A stretch of DNA of 27,608 nucleotides from Acidobacteriota bacterium (lineage in GTDB: Bacteria; Acidobacteriota; Thermoanaerobaculia; Multivoradales; UBA5704): NCBI GenBank assembly GCA_040005235.1, contig JBDTZG010000066.1, positions 1 through 27,608 of the forward strand. The letters run 5' to 3'. Position numbers and translations under genes: made by a program. The notes under the pieces were generated by a model. It worked only from the letters and a program-made list of their open reading frames with translations, ran no database searches and was not told the DNA's origin. How positions within the stretch are numbered: position 1 is the first letter of the stretch; each line of letters starts with the position of its first letter. This document shows, one piece after another, positions 7,711 to 19,350 of the stretch.

Positions 7711-9140
7711 TGAGCGCTCGCCAGACGCTTTTCTCCGTCGCCCGGCTGCTCGCCCTGGTCGTTCTGCTGGGGGTTCCCGCGAGTCCCGGATCTGCGGAAG
7801 ACCAAAAACCGTGCGCCTCCCCCAAAGGCACGTACAACGAGTACTCCGAAGCGCTGGTTACGAGCGCGCCCGGGACCTTGAAGCTCGACGCCGAAAAGGA
7901 GATCTCGGACGAACTCGCGTCGCGTGCGACCGCCGACGGTCTTGCAGGAGGGCGCCTCGACCTGCTTCGCCGCGCTTTCGTCGCCCTGGATCTCGGACAA
8001 GTTAAGGACGAAGAGGGCCAGCTGGTGTTCAACTTCAACCCCGACGCCCTGCGTCTCGAGACGTTCGGCCAGTTCTCGCCGCGAATCATCGTTCACCAGC
8101 CCACCCTATACGGTGCGCTCGACAAGAAGATCGACACGTTCGACGAGGCCGTGCGCCAGGGCCGACGGGACGCCTTGAAGAAAGACCTCGGCGACCTGGA
8201 CGACGTCGAGGTTCAGGTGCGCTGGACCCCCAAGTCTCAGGAGCCCGCGACCGATCTGCAGGAAGTGTCGAGCCGACTCTACGATTCGGTCGAAAAGCAG
8301 CAGATCGCCAAGCCGCTCGCTGTGGCCAAAGGAGAGATTCTCGCTGCCTTGGGACTCCCTCCGGAGACCCTGGACGAGCTCTTGATCACGGATATCTGCG
8401 GCAACGAGCAGGCGAAGGAAATCCTGCTCGACCTTCCGAATCGAGTACCTCGCGATGTGAACACCGAGCTCGAGAAAAGGCTCGACAAGACCCTTTTCTT
8501 CGCCCTCGCCGACCTGATCGACGGTGAGCCGAGGCTGGTCTTCAATGGCACGACCCGATGGCGTTCGAATGCCGCGGGTCCCGACGAAGTCAAGCTCAAC
8601 GCCACCTGGCAGAGGGGTTGGATCTCGTACCGCGGCGCCAAGAAGTTCGCTCAAGCCAAGTTCGGGTCGAAAGACATCACTGTGGACAGCGTTGGCGAGT
8701 ATTTCAAGGAAAACGGCCGCCTCGAAGGGGCGCTTCCTCTGTTCTCGCTCTCCGCTGACTATTCGCAGATGAGTTCTTTTCACGTAGCCATTCCGGGAGT
8801 GGCCGACGAATTTCGCCAGGACAGTGCCCACAAGTTCTCCGGCAAGGCCAACGCCGGCCGATACTTCGGGGGCGGCAGGGATCGGCGCCTAGAGCTCGCC
8901 GCGAGTTATGACGACGTGACCGACGATCCGACCCTCAACGATCGCTGGCTGTTCACGCTCAGCTGGGTCGAGCAGCTCAGCCCGAAGCTCGCCCAGGCGG
9001 TGGGGGGGAGCGAATTCGTGGCGACGTTGATCTACGCCAACAAGGCGGAGTTCCGAGGCGATGTCGACAAGGACTTTGGCCTGCGGGCCGGTCTTAAATG
9101 GTCCTTGGGCAAGAAAGAGGACCTGCAGGCCGCCAAGTAG
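7710..9140 (+). CDS. Hypothetical exported protein, possibly outer-membrane beta-barrel C-terminus
   Basis: Signal-peptide-like N-terminus (RLLALVVLLGVPASPGSA); C-terminal amphipathic strands (RLELAASYDD, WLFTLSW, FVATLIYANK, FGLRAGLKWSL); protein-like composition. Confidence 0.8.
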   Translation: MSARQTLFSVARLLALVVLLGVPASPGSAEDQKPCASPKGTYNEYSEALVTSAPGTLKLDAEKEISDELASRATADGLAGGRLDLLRRAFVALDLGQVKDEEGQLVFNFNPDALRLETFGQFSPRIIVHQPTLYGALDKKIDTFDEAVRQGRRDALKKDLGDLDDVEVQVRWTPKSQEPATDLQEVSSRLYDSVEKQQIAKPLAVAKGEILAALGLPPETLDELLITDICGNEQAKEILLDLPNRVPRDVNTELEKRLDKTLFFALADLIDGEPRLVFNGTTRWRSNAAGPDEVKLNATWQRGWISYRGAKKFAQAKFGSKDITVDSVGEYFKENGRLEGALPLFSLSADYSQMSSFHVAIPGVADEFRQDSAHKFSGKANAGRYFGGGRDRRLELAASYDDVTDDPTLNDRWLFTLSWVEQLSPKLAQAVGGSEFVATLIYANKAEFRGDVDKDFGLRAGLKWSLGKKEDLQAAK

Positions 9141-9144
9141 ATAC

Positions 9145-9181
9145 CGGGCCGGCGTTCTCTTTCGCTAAGAGCGCCGGTCCG
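9145..9181 (+). terminator. Strong stem-loop after the 7710-9140 gene (possible terminator or 3' stabiliser)
   Basis: CGGGCCGGCGTTCT / AGAGCGCCGGTCCG 14-bp stem with two G-U pairs; only a weak pyrimidine tail. Confidence 0.45.
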
Positions 9182-9285
9182 CCCTTCCTCAGGTACCGCC
9201 GGTCGAGCGCCTGGAATATGCATCCCCGCGCACCGGTTCTCCCTCCCCGCGCGGCCGGTCTCTCGTTCCGACTCGGGCGTGAGGG

Positions 9286-9314
9286 TTGCTTCCGACCCCC
9301 GCAGTGCATAAAAT
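9286..9314 (+). promoter_or_regulatory. sigma70 promoter TTGCTT-N17-TAAAAT for tRNA-Lys
   Basis: -35 at 9286-9291, 17-bp spacer, -10 at 9309-9314, 9 nt before the tRNA. Confidence 0.7.
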
Positions 9315-9323
9315 CTCTTCGAC

Positions 9324-9399
9324 GGGCCGATAGCTCAACTGGCAGAGCAGCAGACTCTTAATCTGCGGGTTGAAGGTTCGATTCCTTCTCGGCTCACCA
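9324..9399 (+). tRNA. tRNA-Lys (anticodon CTT)
   Basis: Cloverleaf GGGCCGA/TCGGCTC-A-CCA, D-arm GCTC..GAGC, anticodon stem GCAGA/TCTGC with loop CT-CTT-AA, GGTTCGATTCC T-arm; 76 nt. Confidence 0.97.
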
Positions 9400-9454
9400 C
9401 CCCTTATCTGCCGACATCTTTTCCGGGTATCCTGCTTCCCTCTTAAGCCCCCTC

Positions 9455-9540
9455 GCGAAAGTGGCGGAATTGGTATACGCGCTAGACTTAGGATCTAGTC
9501 CCGAGAGATCGGGTTGGGGGTTCGAGTCCCCTCTTTCGCA
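9455..9540 (+). tRNA. tRNA-Leu (anticodon TAG), CCA not encoded
   Basis: Acceptor GCGAAAG/CTTTCGC-A, anticodon stem CTAGA/TCTAG with loop CT-TAG-GA, long variable arm, TTCGAGT T-loop; the usual tRNA-Leu-tig linkage. Confidence 0.96.
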
Positions 9541-9600
9541 CTCTCGCTGCGGGATCTGTCGTACGGCGTTTTCCGGAGCCCTTCCTGGAGTCCAAGATCG

Positions 9601-10896
9601 ATGAGCGTGGTCCTATCGGTAGAGGACGTCGGTCCTTGCCGCAAACAGTTGACGATCGAAATCCCCGCACCGGCGGTAGAGGCCGAGTCGGCCCGGGTGC
9701 TGCGCGAGTATGGCGCCAAGGCGAAAATCCCCGGATTCCGACAGGGCAAAGTGCCCTCCGGCGTCGTGCGGCGCCATTTCGGCAAGGAGATCGATCAAGA
9801 GGTGATCGAGCGCCTGGTGCCCCGCTACTGGCGGCAGGCCCAGGCCGAAGCCGAGCTGGAACCGTTGATGTCCCCCGACGTCGATTCGGTCGACGACGCC
9901 AAGCCCGGCGAGCCGATGAAGTTCACCGCCACGGTCGAGGTCCGGCCGAAGATCGCGCTCGGCAGCCTGTCGGGCTTCGACCTACCGGATCCGGCGACCG
10001 AGCCGGCGCCGATCGAGGTCGAAGAGGCGCTCGACGACCTGCGCAAACGGGTTGCGGAGTGGCGCGACGTCGACCGGCCCGCGGTGCGCGGCGACTTGGC
10101 GATCGGCAAGATCTACGAGCGCTTCCCAGCGGAGGATCGCGAGAGCGAAGGAAATCCGTTCGAGGTGGAGATCGGCGACCCGAGAGTCTGGGAAGAGCTG
10201 ACTCTCGCGGCGACCGGTCTTTCCGTCGGACGCGAAGGGCGCTTCGAGCGGAAAGAGTCTGCGCCCCCGGAAGGATCGCCCGAAGGGAACGAGGCGCCGC
10301 TGCGCCACTTCCGGATCGCGGTGGACGCCGTTCGCGAGCGCGATCTGCCGGCTTTGGATGACGACTTCGCTAAGAAGATGAGCGCCTCGTTCGAAAACGT
10401 CGCCGCCTTGACTGAGGCGATCTCGGCGCGGATCCGCAGCGAGAAAATCCAGAACCGCAAAGACGCGCGCGAACGTACACTGCTTGATCAGCTGCGCGAG
10501 CGCCATCCGTCCGAGCTGCCGGCGGGAGTGGTCCGGCGGGAGACCGAGACGCTGCTGCGCGACTACGCCGAAAACATGGCGCGAAGCGGAGTCGACGTGG
10601 AAAAAGCCGAGATCGATTGGCACCGCTTGGGGCACGACATGCAGCCGCTGGCTGAAAAGCGGGTCCACGCCCGCCTGGTGCTCGATGCGGTGGCCGACGC
10701 CGAAAAAATTGCCGTCACCGAATCGGAGTTCGAAACGGCGCTCGCCACCCTCGCCCGCGCCCAAGGCGCCTCGACCCCCGCGTTGCGCAAAGCGCTCGAC
10801 GCCGACGGGCGGCTTCAGGCGCTACGGCAGCAGCTGCGCCGCGACAAGACGATCCGGCACCTGCTCGGCGAAGAGCAGCCGCCGGCTGAGAAGTAG
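9601..10896 (+). CDS. tig: Trigger factor
   Basis: IPGFRQGKVP ribosome-binding motif, FTATVEVRP, LPALDDDFAK; ATG 9601 (the upstream ORF-track start lies inside tRNA-Leu). Confidence 0.95.
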   Translation: MSVVLSVEDVGPCRKQLTIEIPAPAVEAESARVLREYGAKAKIPGFRQGKVPSGVVRRHFGKEIDQEVIERLVPRYWRQAQAEAELEPLMSPDVDSVDDAKPGEPMKFTATVEVRPKIALGSLSGFDLPDPATEPAPIEVEEALDDLRKRVAEWRDVDRPAVRGDLAIGKIYERFPAEDRESEGNPFEVEIGDPRVWEELTLAATGLSVGREGRFERKESAPPEGSPEGNEAPLRHFRIAVDAVRERDLPALDDDFAKKMSASFENVAALTEAISARIRSEKIQNRKDARERTLLDQLRERHPSELPAGVVRRETETLLRDYAENMARSGVDVEKAEIDWHRLGHDMQPLAEKRVHARLVLDAVADAEKIAVTESEFETALATLARAQGASTPALRKALDADGRLQALRQQLRRDKTIRHLLGEEQPPAEK

Positions 10897-10917
10897 TAGA
10901 GACGTAAGGAGAGCCCG

Positions 10918-11505
10918 ATGCTGATTCCGATGGTCCTTGAACAGACGAACCGCGGCGAGCGGTCGTACGACATCTTCTCCCGCCTGCTCAAAGACAACAT
11001 CATCTTTCTCGGCCGCCCGATCGACGACGATCTGGCGAGCCTGCTGATCGCGCAGATGTTGTTCCTGGAAGCGGAAAACCCCGAGAAAGACATTTCGATC
11101 TACATCAATTCGCCGGGCGGCTCGGTCTCCGCCGGGCTCGCGGTCTACGACACGATGCAGTACATCAAGCCGGACGTCGCCACCTATTGCGTCGGCCAGG
11201 CGGCGTCGATGGCCGCGGTCCTGCTCGCTGCGGGCGCCAAGGGGAAGCGGACGCTGCTGCCCAATTCCCGCGTGCTGATTCACCAGCCCTGGCTCCAGGG
11301 GCTCGGGGGCCAGCAGTCCGACATCGAAATCCACGCCCGGGACCTACTGCAGATGCGCGGCCGGCTGGACGAGATCCTGGCGTTTCACACCGGCAGGAAC
11401 AAAGAAGACGTGCACCACGACACCGAGCGGGATCGCATCCTCTCGGCCGACGAAGCCGTCGCCTACGGCATCGTCGATCGGGTGATGGTCAAGCGGCGCA
11501 ACTAA
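10918..11505 (+). CDS. clpP: ATP-dependent Clp protease proteolytic subunit
   Basis: [23 protein letters not shown] (catalytic Ser), IHQP (His), DTERD; AAGGAG SD. Confidence 0.98.
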   Translation: MLIPMVLEQTNRGERSYDIFSRLLKDNIIFLGRPIDDDLASLLIAQMLFLEAENPEKDISIYINSPGGSVSAGLAVYDTMQYIKPDVATYCVGQAASMAAVLLAAGAKGKRTLLPNSRVLIHQPWLQGLGGQQSDIEIHARDLLQMRGRLDEILAFHTGRNKEDVHHDTERDRILSADEAVAYGIVDRVMVKRRN

Positions 11506-11576
11506 GGTGAAATAGCGCTGCTGAATCAGCGTGTTGTACCAGGCAAGATCGCGGCTTCCGCCGAGGTTCGTAAGAG

Positions 11577-11605
11577 TTGACAGGGCCGGGGATCGCTCCT
11601 AGCAT
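11577..11605 (+). promoter_or_regulatory. sigma70 promoter TTGACA-N17-TAGCAT upstream of clpX
   Basis: Consensus -35 at 11577-11582, 17-bp spacer, -10 at 11600-11605. Confidence 0.75.
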
Positions 11606-11650
11606 GACTCGATCGTCCCTGATCTTCGCACCGGCCGCACTGGAGAAGAA

Positions 11651-12892
11651 ATGCCGAAGAAAGAAAGCGGCGACGAGGTCCTAAGGTGCTCGTTCTGCAA
11701 CAAGAGCCAGCGTGAGGTCAAAAAACTCATCGCCGGCCCGACGGTTTTCATCTGCGACGAATGTGTCGACATCTGCATCGACATCATCGCGGAAGACCGG
11801 ATGCTCGAACAGCAACAGGACACCTCGCTGCCGAAGCCGAAGGAGGTCAAGGCGCTCCTCGACGAGTACGTGATCGGCCAGGAGACCGCGAAGAAGAAGC
11901 TCGCGGTCGCGGTCTACAACCACTACAAGCGGATCGACTTTGCGGAGAAGGCGCCGCACGGCGAAGTCGAGCTGTCGAAGTCGAACATCATGCTGATCGG
12001 TCCGACCGGGACCGGCAAGACCCTGCTCGCGCAGACCCTCGCGCGGCTCCTGTCCGTGCCGTTCACGATCGCCGACGCCACGACCCTCACCGAAGCCGGT
12101 TACGTTGGCGAGGACGTCGAAAACATCATCCTCAAGCTCTACCAGGCTTCCGGCAGCGACAAAGAGAAGACCCAGCGCGGCATCGTCTACATCGACGAGG
12201 TCGACAAAATCTGTCGGAAGAGCGACAACCCCTCGATCACCCGCGACGTCTCGGGCGAGGGCGTCCAGCAGGCCCTGCTCAAGATCCTCGAAGGGACGCA
12301 GTGCAACGTGCCGCCGCAAGGGGGCCGGAAGCACCCGCACCAGGAATTTCTGCAGATCGATACGACCAACATCCTGTTCATCTGCGGCGGCGCGTTCGTC
12401 GGGTTGGACGATGTGATCGAGCGGCGGTTGAACCAGAAGTCGCTCGGCTTCGGCGCCGACATCCGAGGCAAGAAAGAGCGCTCGAAGGGCGAGATTCTGG
12501 AGCAGGTGCTGCCCGAGGATCTGATCCGCTACGGCCTGATCCCCGAGTTCGTCGGCCGGCTGCCGGTCGTCGCAACCCTGGAGCAGCTCGACGAGGACGC
12601 CCTGGTGCGCATCCTCAGGGAGCCGAAGAACAGCCTGATCAAGCAGTATCAGACCATGTTCGAGTTCGAGGGCGTCGAGCTCAAGTTCACCGACGAGGCG
12701 ATCGTCGCGATCGCTCGCGAAGCGCTAACCCGCAACGTGGGCGCCCGAGGTTTGCGGATCATTCTCGAAGACCTGATGCTCGACCTGATGTATACGGTCC
12801 CATCGCAGCGAGATATCAAACAGTGCGTGATCAACGAGGAAGTCGTCGCGAGTCGAATTCAGCCGATCATGCTCTATAAGAAGGCGGGCTAG
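11651..12892 (+). CDS. clpX: ATP-dependent Clp protease ATP-binding subunit ClpX
   Basis: CSFC...ICDEC zinc finger, GPTGTGKT Walker [29 protein letters not shown] and LGF loops. Confidence 0.99.
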   Translation: MPKKESGDEVLRCSFCNKSQREVKKLIAGPTVFICDECVDICIDIIAEDRMLEQQQDTSLPKPKEVKALLDEYVIGQETAKKKLAVAVYNHYKRIDFAEKAPHGEVELSKSNIMLIGPTGTGKTLLAQTLARLLSVPFTIADATTLTEAGYVGEDVENIILKLYQASGSDKEKTQRGIVYIDEVDKICRKSDNPSITRDVSGEGVQQALLKILEGTQCNVPPQGGRKHPHQEFLQIDTTNILFICGGAFVGLDDVIERRLNQKSLGFGADIRGKKERSKGEILEQVLPEDLIRYGLIPEFVGRLPVVATLEQLDEDALVRILREPKNSLIKQYQTMFEFEGVELKFTDEAIVAIAREALTRNVGARGLRIILEDLMLDLMYTVPSQRDIKQCVINEEVVASRIQPIMLYKKAG

Positions 12893-12928
12893 CCCGATCT
12901 CCGGGCTCGTCCGCGGAAGCGAGGACCG

Positions 12929-15334
<2,406 letters not shown>

Positions 15335-15502
15335 TTGCTTCGAGGTCTTGCGGCTGGAAGTCGTAACGGCCCCCGTTTATAACGCCTGCCGGCCGTCGTG
15401 AGAGAGCGGTCCAGCGGGCGCCCTACTAAGCTCTGCTTCCCTCGACCCGTGGAGTTGGGGTTTCTCCCAACTCCCTCGCGGTCCGGTACGGTGACCTAAA
15501 AC

Positions 15503-16084
15503 TTGAAAATCGAAAAGGCGGAGTTCGTTCGCGCCGGGCATCGGACGGAGGACTTCGTACGCGATGGGCGCCCGGAGTTCGCGTTCGTAGGGCGCTCGAA
15601 CGTCGGAAAGTCGAGCCTGTTGAACCGGCTCCTCGGACGCCGGGGGCTCGCCCGCATCAGCCAGACGCCGGGCCGCACGCGTGCGATCAACTACTTCTTG
15701 ATCAACGACCGCGTCTACTTCGTTGACCTGCCGGGCTACGGTTATGCCAAGGCGGGGCGCGCGGATCGGGCCGAGTGGGCAGCGTTGGTCGACGGTTATC
15801 TGCGCTGCGAGGTGCCCCGGCGGACGGTGCTGCTGTTGATCGACGGCAAGGTCGGCGCAACTCCGCTCGACCAACAGGCGTATCGGTATCTGACCGAGAT
15901 GGAGGTCGCGACGGTGATCGTCGCGACCAAGATCGATCAGGTGAAGAGAGGCAAAAGGCAGGCGCAGTTGGAGGAAATTCGGCGGACGTTGGGCGCCGCC
16001 GAGGAAGCCCAGATCCTTCCCGTCTCCGCGGAGTCGGGCGACGGAATTCCGGCTCTCTGGAGCACGCTGGATTCTCGGGGCTAA
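15503..16084 (+). CDS. engB: Ribosome biogenesis GTP-binding protein YihA/YsxC (EngB)
   Basis: [24 protein letters not shown]-motifs; TTG start; conserved lon-engB linkage. Confidence 0.95.
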   Translation: MKIEKAEFVRAGHRTEDFVRDGRPEFAFVGRSNVGKSSLLNRLLGRRGLARISQTPGRTRAINYFLINDRVYFVDLPGYGYAKAGRADRAEWAALVDGYLRCEVPRRTVLLLIDGKVGATPLDQQAYRYLTEMEVATVIVATKIDQVKRGKRQAQLEEIRRTLGAAEEAQILPVSAESGDGIPALWSTLDSRG

Positions 16085-16166
16085 TCGACAACCATCTCCG
16101 GTCGTTCATCCGGTCTTACCGGAGTTGGCCGAAAATACGAGCACAACGCAATTTACGAGGAACGTC

Positions 16167-17462
16167 ATGGCCAAGCCCCCCACCCCCACGGAAAAGATCG
16201 TCTCGTCCGACGCTGCTCTCGACATCCGCACCCTGAAGGACATGAACATCGCCGAGCTGACCCAGATCGGCAAGGATCTCGGCGTCGAGGGCGCAACCGG
16301 CATGCGCAAACAGGAGCTGATCTTCAAGATCCTCCAGGCGCAGACCGAAAAGAGCGGTCTGATCTTCGCCGAAGGGGTCTTGGAGTGCCTGCCGGACGGC
16401 TTCGGTTTCCTCCGGGCGCCGGAATACAACTACCTGCCGGGGCCGGACGACATCTACGTTAGCCCGAGCCAGATTCGGCGTTTCGACCTGCGCACCGGCG
16501 ACACCGTCTCCGGCCAGGTCCGCCAGCCGAAAGAGGGCGAGCGCTACTTCGCGCTGATCAAAGTCGAAGCGGTCAACTTCGAGCACCCCGAGATCGCCCG
16601 CAACAAGATCTTCTTCGACAACCTGACGCCGCTCTATCCGCAGGAACGGCTGAAGCTCGAAGTCCCGGGCGACATGGCCTCCCGCGTGATGGATCTCACC
16701 ACCCCGATGGGCAAGGGCCAGCGCGCGCTGATCGTCGCTCCGCCCCGTACGGGTAAGACCATGCTGCTCCAGTCGATCGCCCACTCGGTCGAGAAGAACC
16801 ACCCCGAGGTGGTGCTGATCGTCCTGCTGATCGACGAGCGCCCCGAAGAAGTCACCGACATGCAGCGCAGCGTCAACGGCGAGGTGGTCTCCTCCACCTT
16901 CGACGAGCCGGCGACCCGCCACGTGCAGGTGGCCGAGATGGTGATCGAAAAGGCTAAACGACTGATCGAGCACAAGAAAGACGTGGTGATCCTGCTCGAT
17001 TCGATCACCCGCCTGGCGCGCGCCTACAACACGGTACAGCCGCCGTCGGGCAAGGTGCTATCGGGCGGTATCGACGCCAACGCGCTCCACCGTCCGAAGC
17101 GCTTCTTCGGCGCGGCGCGAAACATCGAAGAGGGCGGCTCGCTCACGATCATCGCGACCGCGTTGGTCGACACCGGCAGCCGGATGGACGACGTGATCTT
17201 CGAAGAGTTCAAAGGCACCGGCAACTGCGAGATCCACCTCGACCGCAAGCTGGTCGAAAAGCGGGTCTTCCCGGCAATCGACATCAACAAGTCGGGTACC
17301 CGGAAAGAGGAGCTGCTGATGCCGGAGTCCGAGCTGCACCGCGTCTGGGTGCTGCGCAAGGTGCTGAACCCGCTCTCGACGGTCGAAAGCATGGAGCTGC
17401 TGCTCGACAAGCTGTCGAAGACCCGGAGCAACCAGGACTTCCTGAACGCGATGTCGAAGTAA
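16167..17462 (+). CDS. rho: Transcription termination factor Rho
   Basis: [46 protein letters not shown]; ATG 16167 follows GAGGA (alternative TTG at 16125). Confidence 0.98.
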   Translation: MAKPPTPTEKIVSSDAALDIRTLKDMNIAELTQIGKDLGVEGATGMRKQELIFKILQAQTEKSGLIFAEGVLECLPDGFGFLRAPEYNYLPGPDDIYVSPSQIRRFDLRTGDTVSGQVRQPKEGERYFALIKVEAVNFEHPEIARNKIFFDNLTPLYPQERLKLEVPGDMASRVMDLTTPMGKGQRALIVAPPRTGKTMLLQSIAHSVEKNHPEVVLIVLLIDERPEEVTDMQRSVNGEVVSSTFDEPATRHVQVAEMVIEKAKRLIEHKKDVVILLDSITRLARAYNTVQPPSGKVLSGGIDANALHRPKRFFGAARNIEEGGSLTIIATALVDTGSRMDDVIFEEFKGTGNCEIHLDRKLVEKRVFPAIDINKSGTRKEELLMPESELHRVWVLRKVLNPLSTVESMELLLDKLSKTRSNQDFLNAMSK

Positions 17463-17480
17463 GAAGGGGAGGGAGGGGTC

Positions 17481-18275
17481 GTGCCCAAGCTGCGTGTCGG
17501 CATCGTCAACTACCTGAACAGCAAGCCGCTGGCTTGGGGGTTCATGAAAGGGCATCACGCCGATCTCTTCGTGCCGAGCTTTCATCCCCCGGCCCAGGTG
17601 GCCCGGCTGCTCGCCGAAGGCTCGCTCGACATCGGCCTGATCCCCTCGATCGAGGTCCAGCGGATTCCGCGCCTCAAGATCCTGCCCGACCTGTGCGTCG
17701 CCGCGACCCACGAGGTCAAAAGCGTCCTGCTGGTCGCCAAAGGGCCGATCGAAGAGGTGCGCCGCCTGGCGCTCGACCAGAACAGCCGTACCTCGGCCGG
17801 CCTGGTGCGCATCCTGCTCGCCGAGCGCTGGGGCATCCGGCCCGAAACCGTGCCGCAGCGGCCGGACATCGACCGGATGATGGCCGACGCCGACGCCGCC
17901 CTGATCATCGGCGACCCGGCGCTCAAAGTGGATCGGGAACGCTATCTCGTCTACGATCTGGCGGCGGAATGGCGCGCGCTCACCGGCTTGCCGTTCGTCT
18001 TCGCAGTCTGGGCGGTGCGCCCCGAGGTCGAGTTCACCGATCTGGCGTTCTATTTCAAGAGCAGCCTTCGCTACGGCCTCTCGTCGCTCGACATCCTGGT
18101 CCGCGAAGCCTCGGCGGAGCTCGACCTGGATACCGCGGACGTGCGGTCTTACCTGACGGAATCTTTAAGCTTCTTCCTCCGCGAAGATGAGATCGCAGGG
18201 CTGGAGGAGTACTACCGCCGAGCCCACGCCCACGGCCTGATCCTGGAGCCGAGGCCGCTCGAATTCTGGGAGTAA
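17481..18275 (+). CDS. mqnA: Chorismate dehydratase MqnA (futalosine menaquinone pathway)
   Basis: [39 protein letters not shown] motifs; GTG start after GGAGG. Confidence 0.88.
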   Translation: MPKLRVGIVNYLNSKPLAWGFMKGHHADLFVPSFHPPAQVARLLAEGSLDIGLIPSIEVQRIPRLKILPDLCVAATHEVKSVLLVAKGPIEEVRRLALDQNSRTSAGLVRILLAERWGIRPETVPQRPDIDRMMADADAALIIGDPALKVDRERYLVYDLAAEWRALTGLPFVFAVWAVRPEVEFTDLAFYFKSSLRYGLSSLDILVREASAELDLDTADVRSYLTESLSFFLREDEIAGLEEYYRRAHAHGLILEPRPLEFWE

Positions 18276-18307
18276 GGTAGAGCGCCACCCCCCGGGCTCC
18301 CTGGGAC

Positions 18308-18334
18308 CGCCGGCGTCTCGCCGGCGCAGTTTTT
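18308..18334 (+). terminator. Intrinsic terminator-like hairpin after mqnA
   Basis: CGCCGGCG-TCT-CGCCGGCG 8-bp stem followed by CAGTTTTT; lies between mqnA and a convergent stop codon at 18334-18336. Confidence 0.6.
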
Positions 18335-18465
18335 CACCGCGCCGGAACGAACCGCTCCCGGGCCAACGCACGCAATTCCTCCAGCTCTTCGGCCCGGGTC
18401 GGCGAAAGCGGCAAAGTGGCCGCCAGCTCGGCGCTCAAGCCCTCCGTGGTCAGGCGGTCGCCCGC
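18334..18465 (-). pseudogene. Probable remnant: C-terminal ~43 codons of a Ycf46-like AAA ATPase gene
   Basis: AGDRLTTEGLSAELAATLPLSPTRAEELEELRALARERFVPAR* fits my recollection of the Ycf46-family tail (LTTE.L..E...T.PLS.T..E.I..LR.WA..R.VPA). Upstream in-frame sequence is not protein-like and has no ATPase core. Confidence 0.6.
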
Positions 18466-18651
18466 GATTGGAGCAGGAGTGCCAGGTCTTCCAACGTGGC
18501 GCCAGTCTAGGAGACCGGTCGGCAGGCTGGCAAGGAAAGGGACGCGAAGCGGAATTCTTTGCCTCTCTTCGAAGCGAGAATTGCCGCTCAATCTGTGTTT
18601 CGTGGGGGTTTCGCGAGCATTTCCCCCGCAATCACCCCCGGGGAATCGATC

Positions 18652-18667
18652 TGGCATGTCGGTTGCT
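18652..18667 (+). promoter_or_regulatory. sigma54 (-24/-12) promoter
   Basis: TGGCAT-GTCGG-TTGCT with GG and GC exactly 10 nt apart (consensus TGGCAC-N5-TTGCW), 62 nt before the lipoprotein ATG. Confidence 0.72.
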
Positions 18668-18729
18668 CTTCAGGCCGTTCAGACGAAACACTCTCGGACA
18701 TCCGAGAGTTCCTATGTGGAGGTGGGCAG

Positions 18730-19245
18730 ATGAAAACCAATCGAATCCTTCTGAGCCTTGCGCTCGTTGCCGCGTTCGGTTTCGCTGGATGCCAGAAAAA
18801 GGAAGCTGAACCCGACGCATCGGAAGTCACTCCGGCCGTGACCGAGAGCGAAGTTCCGGGAGTCGCCAGCCAGAGTGATCTCTCCCCGGCCGCCGCGGAG
18901 ACTCGCGTCGACGACGTGACGACGGGTCACGCTCTAGCCGCCGACGGCTCGATCGACACCGCCCAGTTGGGCGACGATTTCGCTCCGGGCGAGATGGTTC
19001 ACATCGCGATGAAGGTCGGCGACACGCCCGCCGGTTCGGCGATCAAGGTCGTCTGGTACGGCCCCGGCGACAAGCGGATCAACGACGAGACCAAGACCGT
19101 TGCTACCGGCGACGCTTACTTGAACTTCTCGGCCGACACCAAGGGTTGGGCCAAGGGCGATTACAAAGCCGAAATCTGGATCGGCGACGAGAACGTGAAC
19201 ACCGAGAGGTTCCAGGTCGTCGACGCCGCCAACGCGGGTCGCTGA
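18730..19245 (+). CDS. Hypothetical lipoprotein with C-terminal Ig-like domain
   Basis: GGAGG SD; MKTNRILLSLALVAAFG-FAGC lipobox; low-complexity linker, then a beta-sandwich pattern (VVWYGPG...WAKGDYKAEIWI); 171 aa. Confidence 0.88.
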   Translation: MKTNRILLSLALVAAFGFAGCQKKEAEPDASEVTPAVTESEVPGVASQSDLSPAAAETRVDDVTTGHALAADGSIDTAQLGDDFAPGEMVHIAMKVGDTPAGSAIKVVWYGPGDKRINDETKTVATGDAYLNFSADTKGWAKGDYKAEIWIGDENVNTERFQVVDAANAGR

Positions 19246-19282
19246 TCTACCCGAGCACACCAGGACATGGAGGTCTTCTCCC

Positions 19283-19326
19283 GCCGGGTGTCGCGTTTGA
19301 CGACGCGGCCCCGGCCTTTTTCTTTC
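19283..19326 (+). terminator. Intrinsic terminator after the lipoprotein gene
   Basis: GCCGGG-t-GTCGCGT / ACGCGGC-CCCGGC stem followed by CTTTTTCTTTC. Confidence 0.65.
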
Positions 19327-19350
19327 TCGAACCCCTTAGAAAGGATCGAT

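Noticed and set aside
9223-9264. Tandem TCCCCGCGC..CCGGT motif reminiscent of a type I-E CRISPR repeat core
   Set aside because: Only two adjacent imperfect copies, with no spacers and no cas genes.
10891-10899. Tandem TAG TAG after tig as possible stop-codon recoding
   Set aside because: Tig is complete at the first stop; no suppressor tRNA or pyl genes are seen, and double stops are common.
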